A stretch of 64,000 bases of DNA from the human T2T-CHM13v2.0 reference genome, Homo sapiens, in assembly GCF_009914755.1 (NCBI RefSeq), contig NC_060941.1; one strand, 5' to 3'. The position numbers were made by a program, and so were the translations under genes. The stretch's first letter is position 1; each line of letters starts with the position of its first letter. Shown here one piece after another: positions 13,001 to 25,900 of the stretch. A model generated the notes under the pieces. It was not told the origin of the DNA. It ran no database searches and saw only the letters and a list, made by a program, of their open reading frames with translations.

Positions 13001-15733
13001 GATAACTGCACCTAACTAAACGGAAGCATTCTCAGAAACTTCTTGGTGATGTTTGCATTCAAATCCCAGAGTTGAACCTTCCTTTGATAGTTCAGGTTTG
13101 AAACACTCTTTTTGTAGGATCTGCAAGTGGATATTTGGACCACTCTGTGGCCTTCGTTCGAAACGGGTACATCTTCGCATAAAATCTAGACAGAAGCCTT
13201 CTCAGAAACTTCTCTGTGATGATTGCATTCAACTCACAGAGTTGAACCCTCCTATGGATAGAGCAGTGTTGAAACTCTCTTTTTGTGGAATCTGCAAGTG
13301 GATATGTGGACCTCTCCGAAGATGTCTTTGGAAACGGGAATATCTTCACATAAAAACTAAACAGAAGCATTCTCAGAAACTTCTCTGTGATGTTTGTGTT
13401 CAACTCCCAGAGTTTCACATTGCTTTTCATAGAGTAGTTCTGAAACATGCTTTTCGTAGTGTCTGCAAGTGGACATTTGGAGCGCTTTCAGGCCTTTGGT
13501 GGAAAACGAATTATGGTCACATAAAAACTGGAGAGAAGCATTGTCAGAAACTTCTTTGTGATGATTGCATTCAACTCACAGAGTTGAAGGTTCCTTTTCA
13601 AACAGCAGTTTCCAATCACTCTTTCTGTGGAATCTGCAAGTGGATATTTGGACCTCTTTGAAGATTTCGTTGGAAACGGGAGAATCTTCACAGAAAAGCT
13701 AAACAGAAGCATTCTCAGAAACTTCTTTGTGATGCTTGCATTCAACTCACAGAGTTGAACTTTCCTATCGAGAGAGAAGCTTTGAAACACTCTTTTTCCA
13801 GAATCTGCAAGTGGACATTTGGAGGGCTTTGAGGCCTGTGGTGGAAAAGGAATTATCTTCCCGTAAAAGCTAGATAGAAGCATTCTCAGAAACTACTTCG
13901 TGATGATTGCATTCAAGTCACAGAGTTGAACATTCCCTTTGACAGAGCAGTTTGGAAACTCTCTTTGTGTAGAATCTGCAAGTGGAGATATGGACCGCTT
14001 TGAGGACTATGGTAGTAAAGGAAATAGCTTCATATAAAAGCTAAACAGTAGCATTCACAGAAAACTCTTGGTGACGACTGCGTTTAACTCACAGAGCTGA
14101 AAATCCCTTAGGATGGAGCAGTTTCGAAAAACACTATTTGTAGAATGTGCAAGTGGATATTGGGGCCTCTCTGAGGATTTCGTTGGAAACGGGATAAACC
14201 ACACAGAACTAAACAGAAGCATCCTCAGAACCTTCTTCGTGATGTTTGCATTCAACTCACAGTGCTGAACCTTTCTTTGATAGTTCAGCTTTGAAACACA
14301 CTTTTTGTAGAAACTGCAAGTGGATATTTGGACGTCTCTGAGGATTTCGTTGGAAACGGGATAAACCGCACAGAACTAAAACAGAAGCATTCTCAGAACC
14401 CTCTTCGTGATGTTTGCATTCAACTCACAGTGCTGAAACTTTCTTTGATAGTTCAGCTTTGAAACACTCTTTTTGTAGAAACTGCAAGTGGATATTTGGT
14501 CCTCTGTGAGGATTTCGTTGGAAACGGGATAAACCGCACAGAACTAAACAGAAGCATTCTCAGAACCTTCTTCGTGATGACTGCATTCAACTCACAGTGT
14601 GGAACCTTTCTTTGATAGTTCAGCTTTGAAACACTCTTTTTGTAGAAACTGCAAGGGGATAATTGCACTTCTTTGAGGCCTACCGTAGTAAAGGAAATAA
14701 CTTCCTATAAAAAGAAGACAGAAGCTTTCTCAGAAAATTCTTTGGGATGATTGAGTTGAACTCACAGAGCTGAACATTCCTTGCGATGTAGCAGTTTAGA
14801 AACACACTTTCTGCAGAATCTGCAAGTGCATATTTGGACCTCTGTGAGGAATTCGTTGGAAACGGGATAATTTCAGCTGACTAAACAGAAGCAGTCTCAG
14901 AATCTTCTTTGTGATGTTTGCATTCAAATCCCAGAGTTGAACTTTCCTTTCAAAGTTCACGTTTGAAACACTCTTTTTGCAGGATCTACAAGTGGATATT
15001 TGGACCACTCTGTGTCCTTCGTTCGAAACGGGTATATCTTCACATGACATCTAGACAGAAGCATTCTCAGAAGCTTCTCTGTGATGACTGCATTCAACTC
15101 ACGGAGTTGAACACTCTTTTTGAGAGCGCAGTTTTGAAACTCTCTTTCTGTGGCATCTGCAAGGGGACATGTAGACCTCTCTGAAGATTTCGTTGGAAAC
15201 GGAATCATCTTCACATAAAAACTATACAGATGCATTCTCAGGAACTTTTTGGTGATGTTTGTATTCAACTCCCAGAGTTGAACTTTCCTTTGGAAAGAGC
15301 AGCTATGAAACACTTTTTCTAGAATCTGCAAGTGGACGTTTGGAGGGCTTTGTGGTTTGTGGTGGAAAAGGAAATATCTTCACCTAAATACTAGATAGAA
15401 GCATTCTCAGAAACTGCTTTGTGATGATTGCATTCACCTCACAGAGTTGAACATTCCTATTGATAGAGCAGTTTGGAAACACTCTTGTTGTGGAATGTGC
15501 AAGTGGAGATTTGGAGCGCTTTGAGGCCTATGGTAGTAAAGGGAATAGCTTCATAGAAAAACTAGACAGAAGCATTCTCAGAAAATACTTTGTGATGATT
15601 GAGTTGAACTCACAGAGCTGAACATTCCTTTGGATGGAGCAGGTTTGAGACACACTTTTTGTAGAATCTACAAGTGGATATTTGGACCTCTCTGAAGATT
15701 TCGTTGGAAACGTGATAACTGCACCTAACTAAA
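2161..15733 (+). repeat. Five consecutive 16-mer HORs (starts 2161, 4876, 7591, 10306, 13021); last is 2713 bp
   Basis: Spacing 2715 x4 then 2713. A 2-bp CT deletion is visible near 15313 (CACTTTTTCT versus CACTCTTTTTCT). Confidence 0.92.
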
Positions 15734-17598
15734 CGGAAGCATTCTCAGAAACTTCTTGGTGATGTTTGCATTCAAATCCCAGAGTTGAACCTTCCTTTGA
15801 TAGTTCAGGTTTGAAACACTCTTTCTGTAGGATCTGCAAGTGGATATTTGGACCACTCTGTGGCCTTCGTTCGAAACGGGTACATCTTCGCATAAAATCT
15901 AGACAGAAGCCTTCTCAGAAACTTCTCTGTGATGATTGCATTCAACTCACAGAGTTGAACCCTCCTATGGATAGAGCAGTGTTGAAACTCTCTTTTTGTG
16001 GAATCTGCAAGTGGATATGTGGACCTCTCCGAAGATGTCTTTGGAAACGGGAATATCTTCACATAAAAACTAAACAGAAGCATTCTCAGAAACTTCTCTG
16101 TGATGTTTGTGTTCAACTCCCAGAGTTTCACATTGCTTTTCATAGAGTAGTTCTGAAACATGCTTTTCGTAGTGTCTGCAAGTGGACATTTGGAGCGCTT
16201 TCAGGCCTTTGGTGGAAAACGAATTATGGTCACATAAAAACTGGAGAGAAGCATTGTCAGAAACTTCTTTGTGATGATTGCATTCAACTCACAGAGTTGA
16301 AGGTTCCTTTTCAAACAGCAGTTTCCAATCACTCTTTCTGTGGAATCTGCAAGTGGATATTTGGACCTCTTTGAAGATTTCGTTGGAAACGGGAGAATCT
16401 TCACAGGAAAGCTAAACAGAAGCATTCTCAGAAACTTCTTTGTGATGCTTGCATTCAACTCACAGAGTTGAACTTTCCTATCGAGAGAGAAGCTTTGAAA
16501 CACTCTTTTTCCAGAATCTGCAAGTGGACATTTGGAGGGCTTTGAGGCCTGTGGTGGAAAAGGAATTATCTTCCCGTAAAAGCTAGATAGAAGCATTCTC
16601 AGAAACTACTTCGTGATGATTGCATTCAAGTCACAGAGTTGAACATTCCCTTTGACAGAGCAGTTTGGAAACTCTCTTTGTGTAGAATCTGCAAGTGGAG
16701 ATATGGACCGCTTTGAGGACTATGGTAGTAAAGGAAATAGCTTCATATAAAAGCTAAACAGTAGCATTCACAGAAAACTCTTGGTGACGACTGCGTTTAA
16801 CTCACAGAGCTGAAAATCCCTTTGGATGGAGGAGTTTCGAAAAACACTATTTGTAGAATGTGCAAGTGGATATTGGGGCCTCTCTGAGGATTTCGTTGGA
16901 AACGGGATAAACCACACAGAACTAAACAGAAGCATTCTCAGAACCTTCTTCGTGATGTTTGCATTCAACTCACAGTGCTGAACCTTTCTTTGATAGTTCA
17001 GCTTTGAAACACTCTTTTTGTAGAAACTGCAAGTGGATATTTGGACCTCTCTGAGGATTTCGTTGGAAACGGGATAAACCGCACAGAACTAAAACAGAAG
17101 CATTCTCAGAACCCTCTTCGTGATGTTTGCATTCAACTCACAGTGCTGAACCTTTCTTTGATAGTTCAGCTTTGAAACACTCTTTTTGTAGAAACTGCAA
17201 GTGGATATTTGGTCCTCTCTGAGGATTTCGTTGGAAACGGGATAAACCGCACAGAACTAAACAGAAGCATTCTCAGAACCTTCTTCGTGATGTCTGCATT
17301 CAACTCACAGTGTGGAACCTTTCTTTGATAGTTCAGGTTTGAAACACTCTTTTTGTAGAAACTGCAAGGGGATAATTGCACTTCTTTGAGGCCTACCGTA
17401 GTAAAGGAAATAACTTCCTATAAAAAGAAGACAGAAGCTTTCTCAGAAAATTCTTTGCGATGATTGAGTTGAACTCACAGAGCTGAACATTCCTTGCGAT
17501 GTAGCAGTTTAGAAACACACTTTCTGCAGAATCTGCAAGTGCATATTTGGACCTCTCTGAGGAATTCGTTGGAAACGGGATAACTGCACCTAACTAAA
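15734..17598 (+). repeat. 11-mer HOR structural variant (1865 bp; 850 bp = one pentamer deleted, hybrid p/e monomer)
   Basis: Monomer p sequence with EcoRI (GGAATTCG, 17561) runs directly into the monomer e tail (CTGCACCTAACTAAACGG, 17584). ORF spacing 15766 to 17631. Confidence 0.93.
17564..17580 (+). promoter_or_regulatory. CENP-B box at the 11-mer deletion junction
   Basis: ATTCGTTGGAAACGGGA, with p-type left flank and e-type right flank. Confidence 0.9.
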
Positions 17599-19978
17599 CG
17601 GAAGCATTCTCAGAAACTTCTTGGTGATGTTTGCATTCAAATCCCAGAGTTGAACCTTCCTTTGATAGTTCAGGTTTGAAACACTCTTTTTGTAGGATCT
17701 GCAAGTGGATATTTGGACCACTCTGTGGCCTTCGTTCGAAACGGGTAAATCTTCGCATAAAATCTAGACAGAAGCCTTCTCAGAAACTTCTCTGTGATGA
17801 TTGCATTCAACTCACAGAGTTGAACCCTCCTATGGATAGAGCAGTGTTGAAACTCTCTTTTCGTGGAATCTGGAAGCGGATATGTGGACCTCTCCGAAGA
17901 TGTCTTTGGAAACGGGAATATCTTCACATAAAAACTAAACAGAAGCATTCTCAGAAACTTCTCTGTGATGTTTGTGTTCAACTCCCAGAGTTTCACATTG
18001 CTTCTCATAGAGTAGTTCTGAAACATGCTTTTCGTAGTGTCTGCAAGTGGACATTTGGAGCGCTTTCAGGCCTGTGGTGGAAAACGAATTATGGTCACAT
18101 AAAAACTGGAGAGAAGCATTGTCAGAAACTTCTTTGTGATGATTGCATTGAAGTCACAGAGTTGAAGGTTCCTTTTCAAAGAGCAGTTTCCAATCACTCT
18201 TTCTGTGGAATCTGCAAGTGGATATTTGGACCTCTTTGAAGATTTCGTTGGAAACGGGAGAATCTTCACAGAAAAGTTAAACAGAAGCATTCTCAGAAAC
18301 TTCTTTGTGATGCTTGCATTCAACTCACAGAGTTGAACTTTCCTTTCGTGAGAGAAGCTTTGAAACAGTCTTTTTCCACAATCTGCAAGTGGACATTTGG
18401 AGGGCTTTGAGGCCTGTGGTGGAAAAGGAATTATCTTCCTGTAAAAGCTAGATAGAAGCATTCTCAGAAACTACTTTGTGATGATTGCATTCAAGTCACA
18501 GAGTTGAACATTCCCTTTGACAGAGCAGTTTGGAAACTCTCTTTGTGTAGAATCTGCAAGTGGAGATATGGAACGCTTTGAGGCCTATGGTAGTAAAGGA
18601 AATAGCTTCATATAAAAGCTAGACAGTAGCATTCACAGAAAACTCTTGGTGACGACTGAGTTTAACTCACAGAGCTGAACATTCCTTTGGATGGAGCAGT
18701 TTCGAAACACACTATTTGTAGAATGTGCAAGTGGATATGTGGGCCTCTCTGAGGATTTCGTTGGAAACGGGATAAACCGCACAGAACTAAACAGAAGCAT
18801 TCTCAGAACCTTCTTCGTGATGTCTGCATTCAACTCACAGTGTGGAACCTTTCTTTGATAGTTCAGGTTTGAAACACTCTTTTTGTAGAAACTGCAAGGG
18901 GATCATTGCACTTCTTTGAGGCCTACCGTAGTAAAGGAGATAACTTCCTATAAAAAGAAGACAGAAGCTTTCTCAGAAAATTCTTTGGGATGATTGAGTT
19001 GAGCAAACAGAGCTGAACACTCCTTGCGATGTAGCAGTTTAGAAACACACTTTCTGCAGAATCTGCAAGTGCATATGTGGACCTCTCTGAGGAATTCGTT
19101 GGAAACGGGATAATTTCAGCTGACTAAACAGAAGCAGTCTCAGAATCTTCTTTGTGATGTTTGCATTCAAATCCCAGAGTTGAACTTTCCTTTCCAAGTT
19201 CACGTTTGAAACACTCTTTTTGCAGGATCTGCAAGTGGATATTTGGACCACTCTGTGTCCTTCGTTCGAAACGGGTATATCTTCACATGACATCTAGACA
19301 GAAGCATTCTCAGAAGCTTCTCTGTGATGACTGCATTCAACTCACGGAGTTGAACACTCCTTTTGAGAGCGCAGTTTTGAAACTCTCTTTCTGTGGCATC
19401 TGCAAGGGGACATGTAGACCTCTTTGAAGATTTCATTGGAAACGGAATCATCTTCACATCAAAACTATACAGATGCATTCTCAGGAACTTTTTGGTGATG
19501 TTTGTATTCAACTCCCAGAGTTGAACTTTCCTTTGGAAAGAGCAGCTATGAAACACTCTTTTTCTAGAATCTGCAAGTGGACGTTTGGAGGGCTTTGTGG
19601 TTTGTGGTGGAAAAGGAAATATCTTCACCTAAATACTAGATAGAAGCATTCTCAGAAACTGCTTTGTGATGATTGCATTCACCTCACAGAGTTGAACATT
19701 CCTATTGATAGAGCAGTTTGGAAACACTCTTGTTGTGGAATGTGCAAGTGGAGATTTGGAGCGCTTTGAGGCCTATGGTAGTAAAGGGAATAGCTTCATA
19801 GAAAAACTAGACAGAAGCATTCTCAGAAAATACTTTGTGATGATTGAGTTTAACTCACAGAGCTGAACATTCCTTTGGATGGAGCAGGTTTGAGACACAC
19901 TTTTTGTAGAATCTACAAGTGGATATATGGACCTCTCTGAGGATTTCGTTGGAAACGCGATAACTGCACCTAAATAAA
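17599..19978 (+). repeat. 14-mer HOR structural variant (2380 bp; monomers m and n absent)
   Basis: Monomer l (GTGGGCCTCTC, ~18740) is followed directly by o (GATGTCTGC…GTGTGGAACC, ~18820). Spacing 17631 to 20011. Confidence 0.93.
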
Positions 19979-22900
19979 CGGAAGCATTCTCAGAAACTTC
20001 TTGGTGATGTTTGCATTCAAATCCCAGAGTTGAACCTTCCTGTGATAGTTCAGGTTTGAAACACTCTTTTTGTAGGATCTGCAAGTGGATATTTGGACCA
20101 CTCTGTGGCCTTCATTCGAAACGGGTACATCTTCACATAAAATCTAGACACAAGCCTTCTCAGAAACTTCTCTGTGATGATTGCATTCAACTCACAGAGT
20201 TGAACCCTCCTATGGATAGAGCATTGTTGAAACTCTCTTTTTGTGGAATCTGCAAGTGGATATGTGGACCGCTCCGAAGATGTCTTTGGCAACGGGAATA
20301 TCTTCACATAAAAACTAAACAGAAGCATTCTCAGAAACTTCTCTGTGATGTTTGTGTTCAACTCCCAGAGTTTCACATTGCTTCTCATAGAGTAGTTCTG
20401 AAACATGCTTTTCGTAGTGTCTGCAAGTGGACATTTGGAGCGCTTTCAGGCCTGTGGTGGAAAACGAATTATGGTCACATAAAAACTGGAGAGAAGCATT
20501 GTCAGAAACTTCTTTGTGATGATTGCATTCAAGTCACAGAGTTGAAGGTTCCTTTTCAAAGAGCAGTTTCCAATCACTCTTTCTGTGGAATCTGCAAGTG
20601 GATATTTGGACCTCTTTGAAGATTTCGTTGGAAACGGGAGAATCTTCACAGAAAAGCTAAACAGAAGCATTCTCAGAAACTTCTTTGTGATGCTTGCATT
20701 CAACTCACAGAGTTGAACTTTCCTTTCGAGAGAGAAGCTTTGAAACACTCTTTTTCCAGAATCTGCAAGTGGACATTTGGAGGGCTTTGAGGCCTGTGGT
20801 GGAAAAGGAATTATCTTCCCGTAAAAGCTAGATAGAAGCATTCTCAGAAACTACTTTGTGATGATTGCATTCAAGTCACAGAGTTGAACATTCCCTTTGA
20901 CAGAGCAGTTTGGAAACTCTCTTTGTGTAGAATCTGCAAGTGGAGATATGGACCGCTTTGAGGCCTATGGTAGTAAAGGAAATAGCTTCATATAAAAGCT
21001 AGACAGTAGCATTCACAGAAAACTCTTGGTGACGACTGAGTTTAACTCACAGAGCTGAACATTCCTTTGGATGGAGCAGTTTCGAAACACACTATTTCTA
21101 GAAGGTGCAAGTGGATATGTGGGCCTCTCTGATGATTTCGTTGGAAACGGGATAAACCGCACAGAACTAAACAGAAGCATTCTCAGAACCTTCTTCGTGA
21201 TGTTTGCATTCAACTCACAGTGTTGAACCTTTCTTTGATAGTTCAGGTTTGAAACGGTCTTTCTGTAGAAACTGCAAGTAGATATTTGGACCTCTCTGAG
21301 GATTTCGTTGGAAACGGGATAAACCGCACACAACTAAAACAGAAGCATTCTCAGAACCCTCTTCGTGATGTTTGCATTCAACTCACGGTGCTGAATCTTT
21401 CTTTGATAGTTCAGCTTTGAAACACTCTTTTTGTAGAAACTGCAAGTGGATATTTGGTCCTCTCTGAGGATTTCGTTGGTAACGGGATAAACCGCACAGA
21501 ACTAAACAGAAGCATTCTCAGAACCTTCTTCGTGATGTCTGCATTCAACTCACAGTGTGGAACCTTTCTTTGACAGTTCAGGTTTGAAACACTCTTTTTG
21601 TAGAAACTGCAAGGGGATCATTGCACATCTTTGAGGCCTACCGTAGTAAAGGAGATAACTTCCTATAAAAAGAAGACAGAAGCTTTCTCAGAAAATTCTT
21701 TGGGATGATTGAGTTGAGCAAACAGAGCTGAACACTCCTTGCGATGTAGCAGTTTAGAAACACACTTTCTGCAGAATCTGCAAGTGCATATGTGGACCTC
21801 TCTGAGGAAATCGTTGGAAACGGGATAATTTCAGCTGACTAAACAGAAGCAGTCTCAGAATCTTCTTTGTGATGTTTGCATTCAAATCCCAGAGTTGAAC
21901 TTTCCTTTCCAAGTTCACGTTTGAAACACTCTTTTTGCAGGATCTGCAAGTGGATATTTGGACCACTCTGTGTCCTTCGTTCGAAACGGGTATATCTTCA
22001 CATGACATCTAGACAGAAGCATTCTCAGAAGCTTCTCTGTGATGACTGCATTCAACTCACGGAGTTGAACACTCCTTTTGAGAGCGCAGTTTTGAAACTC
22101 TCTTTCTGTGGCATCTGCAAGGGGACATGTAGACCTCTTTGAAGATTTCGTTGGAAACGGAATCATCTTCACATCAAAACTATACAGATGCATTCTCAGG
22201 AACTTTTTGGTGATGTTTGTATTCAACTCCCAGAGTTGAACTTTCCTTTGGAAAGAGCAGCTATGAAACACTCTTTTTCTAGAATCTGCAAGTGGACGTT
22301 TGGAGGGCTTTGTGGTTTGTGGTGGAAAAGGAAATATCTTCACCTAAATACTAGATAGAAGCATTCTCAGAAACTGCTTTGTGATGATTGCATTCACCTC
22401 ACAGAGTTGAACATTCCTATTGATAGAGCAGTTTGGAAACACTCTTCTTGTGGAATGTGCAAGTGGAGATTTGGAGCGCTTTGAGGCCTATGGTAGTAAA
22501 GGGAATAGCTTCATAGAAAAACTAGACAGAAGCATTCTCAGAAAATACTTTGTGATGATTGAGTTGAACTCACAGAGCTGAACATTCCTTTGGATGGAGC
22601 AGGTTTGAGACACACTTTTTGTAGAATCTACAAGTGGATATTTGGACCTCTCTGAGGATTTCGTTGGAAACGGGATAACTGCACCTAACTAAACGGAAGC
22701 ATTCTCAGAAACTTCTTGGTGATGTTTGCATTCAAATCCCAGAGTTGAACCTTCCTTTGAGAGTTCAGGTTTGAAACACTCTTTTTGTAGGATCTGCAAG
22801 TGGATATTTGGACCACTCTGTGGCCTTCGTTCGAAACGGGTACATCTTCGCATAAAATCTAGACAGAAGCCTTCTCAGAAACTTCTCTGGGATGATTGCA

Positions 22901-25900
22901 TTCAACTCACAGAGTTGAACCCTCCTATGGATAGAGCAGTGTTGAAACTCTCTTTTTGTGGAATCTGCAAGCGGATATGTGGACCTCTCCGAAGATGTCT
23001 TTGGCAACGGGAATATCTTCACATAAAAACTAAACAGAAGCATTCTCAGAAACTTCTCTGTGATGTTTGTGTTCAACTCCCAGAGTTTCACATTGCTTCT
23101 CATAGAGTAGTTCTGAAACATGCTTTTCGTAGTGTCTGCAAGTGGACATTTGGAGCGCTTTCAGGCCTGTGGTGGAAAACGAATTATGGTCACATAAAAA
23201 CTGGAGAGAAGCATTGTCAGAAACTTCTTTGTGATGATTGCATTCAAGTCACAGAGTTGAAGGTTCCTTTTCAAAGAGCAGTTTCCAATCACTCTTTCTG
23301 TGGAATCTGCAAGTGGATATTTGGACCTCTTTGAAGATTTCGTTGGAAACGGGAGAATCTTCACAGAAAAGCTAAACAGAAGCATTCTCAGAAACTTCTT
23401 TGTGATGCTTGCATTCAACTCACAGAGTTGAACTTTCCTTTCGAGAGAGAAGCTTTGAAACACTCTTTTTCCAGAATCTGCAAGTGGACATTTGGAGGGC
23501 TTTGAGGCCTGTGGTGGAAAAGGAATTATCTTCCCGTAAAAGCTAGATAGAAGCATTCTCAGAAACTACTTTGTGATGATTGCATTCAAGTCACAGAGTT
23601 GAACATTCCCTTTGACAGAGCAGTTTGGAAACTCTCTTTGTGTAGAATCTGCAAGTGGAGATATGGACCGCTTTGAGGCCTATGGTAGTAAAGGAAATAG
23701 CTTCATATAAAAGCTAGACAGTAGCATTCACAGAAAACTCTTGGTGACGACTGAGTTTAACTCACAGAGCTGAACATTCCTTTGGATGGAGCAGTTTCGA
23801 AACACACTATTTCTAGAAGGTGCAAGTGGATATGTGGGCCTCTCTGATGATTTCGTTGGAAACGGGATAAACCGCACAGAACTAAACAGAAGCATTCTCA
23901 GAACCTTCTTCGTGATGTTTGCATTCAACTCACAGTGTTGAACCTTTCTTTGATAGTTCAGGTTTGAAACGGTCTTTCTGTAGAAACTGCAAGTAGATAT
24001 TTGGACCTCTCTGAGGATTTCGTTGGAAACGGGATAAACCGCACACAACTAAAACAGAAGCATTCTCAGAACCCTCTTCGTGATGTTTGCATTCAACTCA
24101 CGGTGCTGAATCTTTCTTTGATAGTTCAGCTTTGAAACACTCTTTTTGTAGAAACTGCAAGTGGATATTTTGTCCTCTCTGAGGATTTCGTTGGTAACGG
24201 GATAAACCGCACAGAACTAAACAGAAGCATTCTCAGAACCTTCTTCGTGATGTCTGCATTCAACTCACAGTGTGGAACCTTTCTTTGACAGTTCAGGTTT
24301 GAAACACTCTTTTTGTAGAAACTGCAAGGGGATCATTGCACTTCTTTGAGGCCTACCGTAGTAAAGGAGATAACTTCCTATAAAAAGAAGACAGAAGCTT
24401 TCTCAGAAAATTCTTTGGGATGATTGAGTTGAGCAAACAGAGCTGAACACTCCTTGCGATGTAGCAGTTTAGAAACACACTTTCTGCAGAATCTGCAAGT
24501 GCATATGTGGACCTCTCTGAGGAAATCGTTGGAAACGGGATAATTTCAGCTGACTAAACAGAAGCAGTCTCAGAATCTTCTTTGTGATGTTTGCATTCAA
24601 ATCCCAGAGTTGAACTTTCCTTTCCAAGTTCACGTTTGAAACACTCTTTTTGCAGGATCTGCAAGTGGATATTTGGACCACTCTGTGTCCTTCGTTCGAA
24701 ACGGGTATATCTTCACATGACATCTAGACAGAAGCATTCTCAGAAGCTTCTCTGTGATGACTGCATTCAACTCACGGAGTTGAACACTCCTTTTGAGAGC
24801 GCAGTTTTGAAACTCTCTTTCTGTGGCATCTGCAAGGGGACATGTAGACCTCTTTGAAGATTTCGTTGGAAACGGAATCATCTTCACATCAAAACTATAC
24901 AGATGCATTCTCAGGAACTTTTTGGTGATGTTTGTATTCAACTCCCAGAGTTGAACTTTCCTTTGGAAAGAGCAGCTATGAAACACTCTTTTTCTAGAAT
25001 CTGCAAGTGGACGTTTGGAGGGCTTTGTGGTTTGTGGTGGAAAAGGAAATATCTTCACCTAAATACTAGATAGAAGCATTCTCAGAAACTGCTTTGTGAT
25101 GATTGCATTCACCTCACAGAGTTGAACATTCCTATTGATAGAGCAGTTTGGAAACACTCTTCTTGTGGAATGTGCAAGTGGAGATTTGGAGCGCTTTGAG
25201 GCCTATGGTAGTAAAGGGAATAGCTTCATAGAAAAACTAGACAGAAGCATTCTCAGAAAATACTTTGTGATGATTGAGTTGAACTCACAGAGCTGAACAT
25301 TCCTTTGGATGGAGCAGGTTTGAGACACACTTTTTGTAGAATCTACAAGTGGATATTTGGACCTCTCTGAGGATTTCGTTGGAAACGGGATAACTGCACC
25401 TAACTAAACGGAAGCATTCTCAGAAACTTCTTGGTGATGTTTGCATTCAAATCCCAGAGTTGAACCTTCCTTTGAGAGTTCAGGTTTGAAACACTCTTTT
25501 TGTAGGATCTGCAAGTGGATATTTGGACCACTCTGTGGCCTTCGTTCGAAACGGGTACATCTTCGCATAAAATCTAGACAGAAGCCTTCTCAGAAACTTC
25601 TCTGGGATGATTGCATTCAACTCACAGAGTTGAACCCTCCTATGGATAGAGCAGTGTTGAAACTCTCTTTTTGTGGAATCTGCAAGCGGATATGTGGACC
25701 TCTCCGAAGATGTCTTTGGCAACGGGAATATCTTCACATAAAAACTAAACAGAAGCATTCTCAGAAACTTCTCTGTGATGTTTGTGTTCAACTCCCAGAG
25801 TTTCACATTGCTTCTCATAGAGTAGTTCTGAAACATGCTTTTCGTAGTGTCTGCAAGTGGACATTTGGAGCGCTTTCAGGCCTGTGGTGGAAAACGAATT

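Noticed and set aside
15311-15316. 2-bp deletion giving a 2713 bp unit
   Set aside because: A single slippage at CTCT next to a T-run; ordinary, recorded only as a feature detail.
17599-19978. 14-mer as a piece of the neighbouring D17Z1-B array (also a ~2.38 kb 14-mer)
   Set aside because: It is a single unit whose monomers carry the same diagnostic bases as the flanking 16-mers, so a deletion variant is simpler. This is not formally excluded without alignment.
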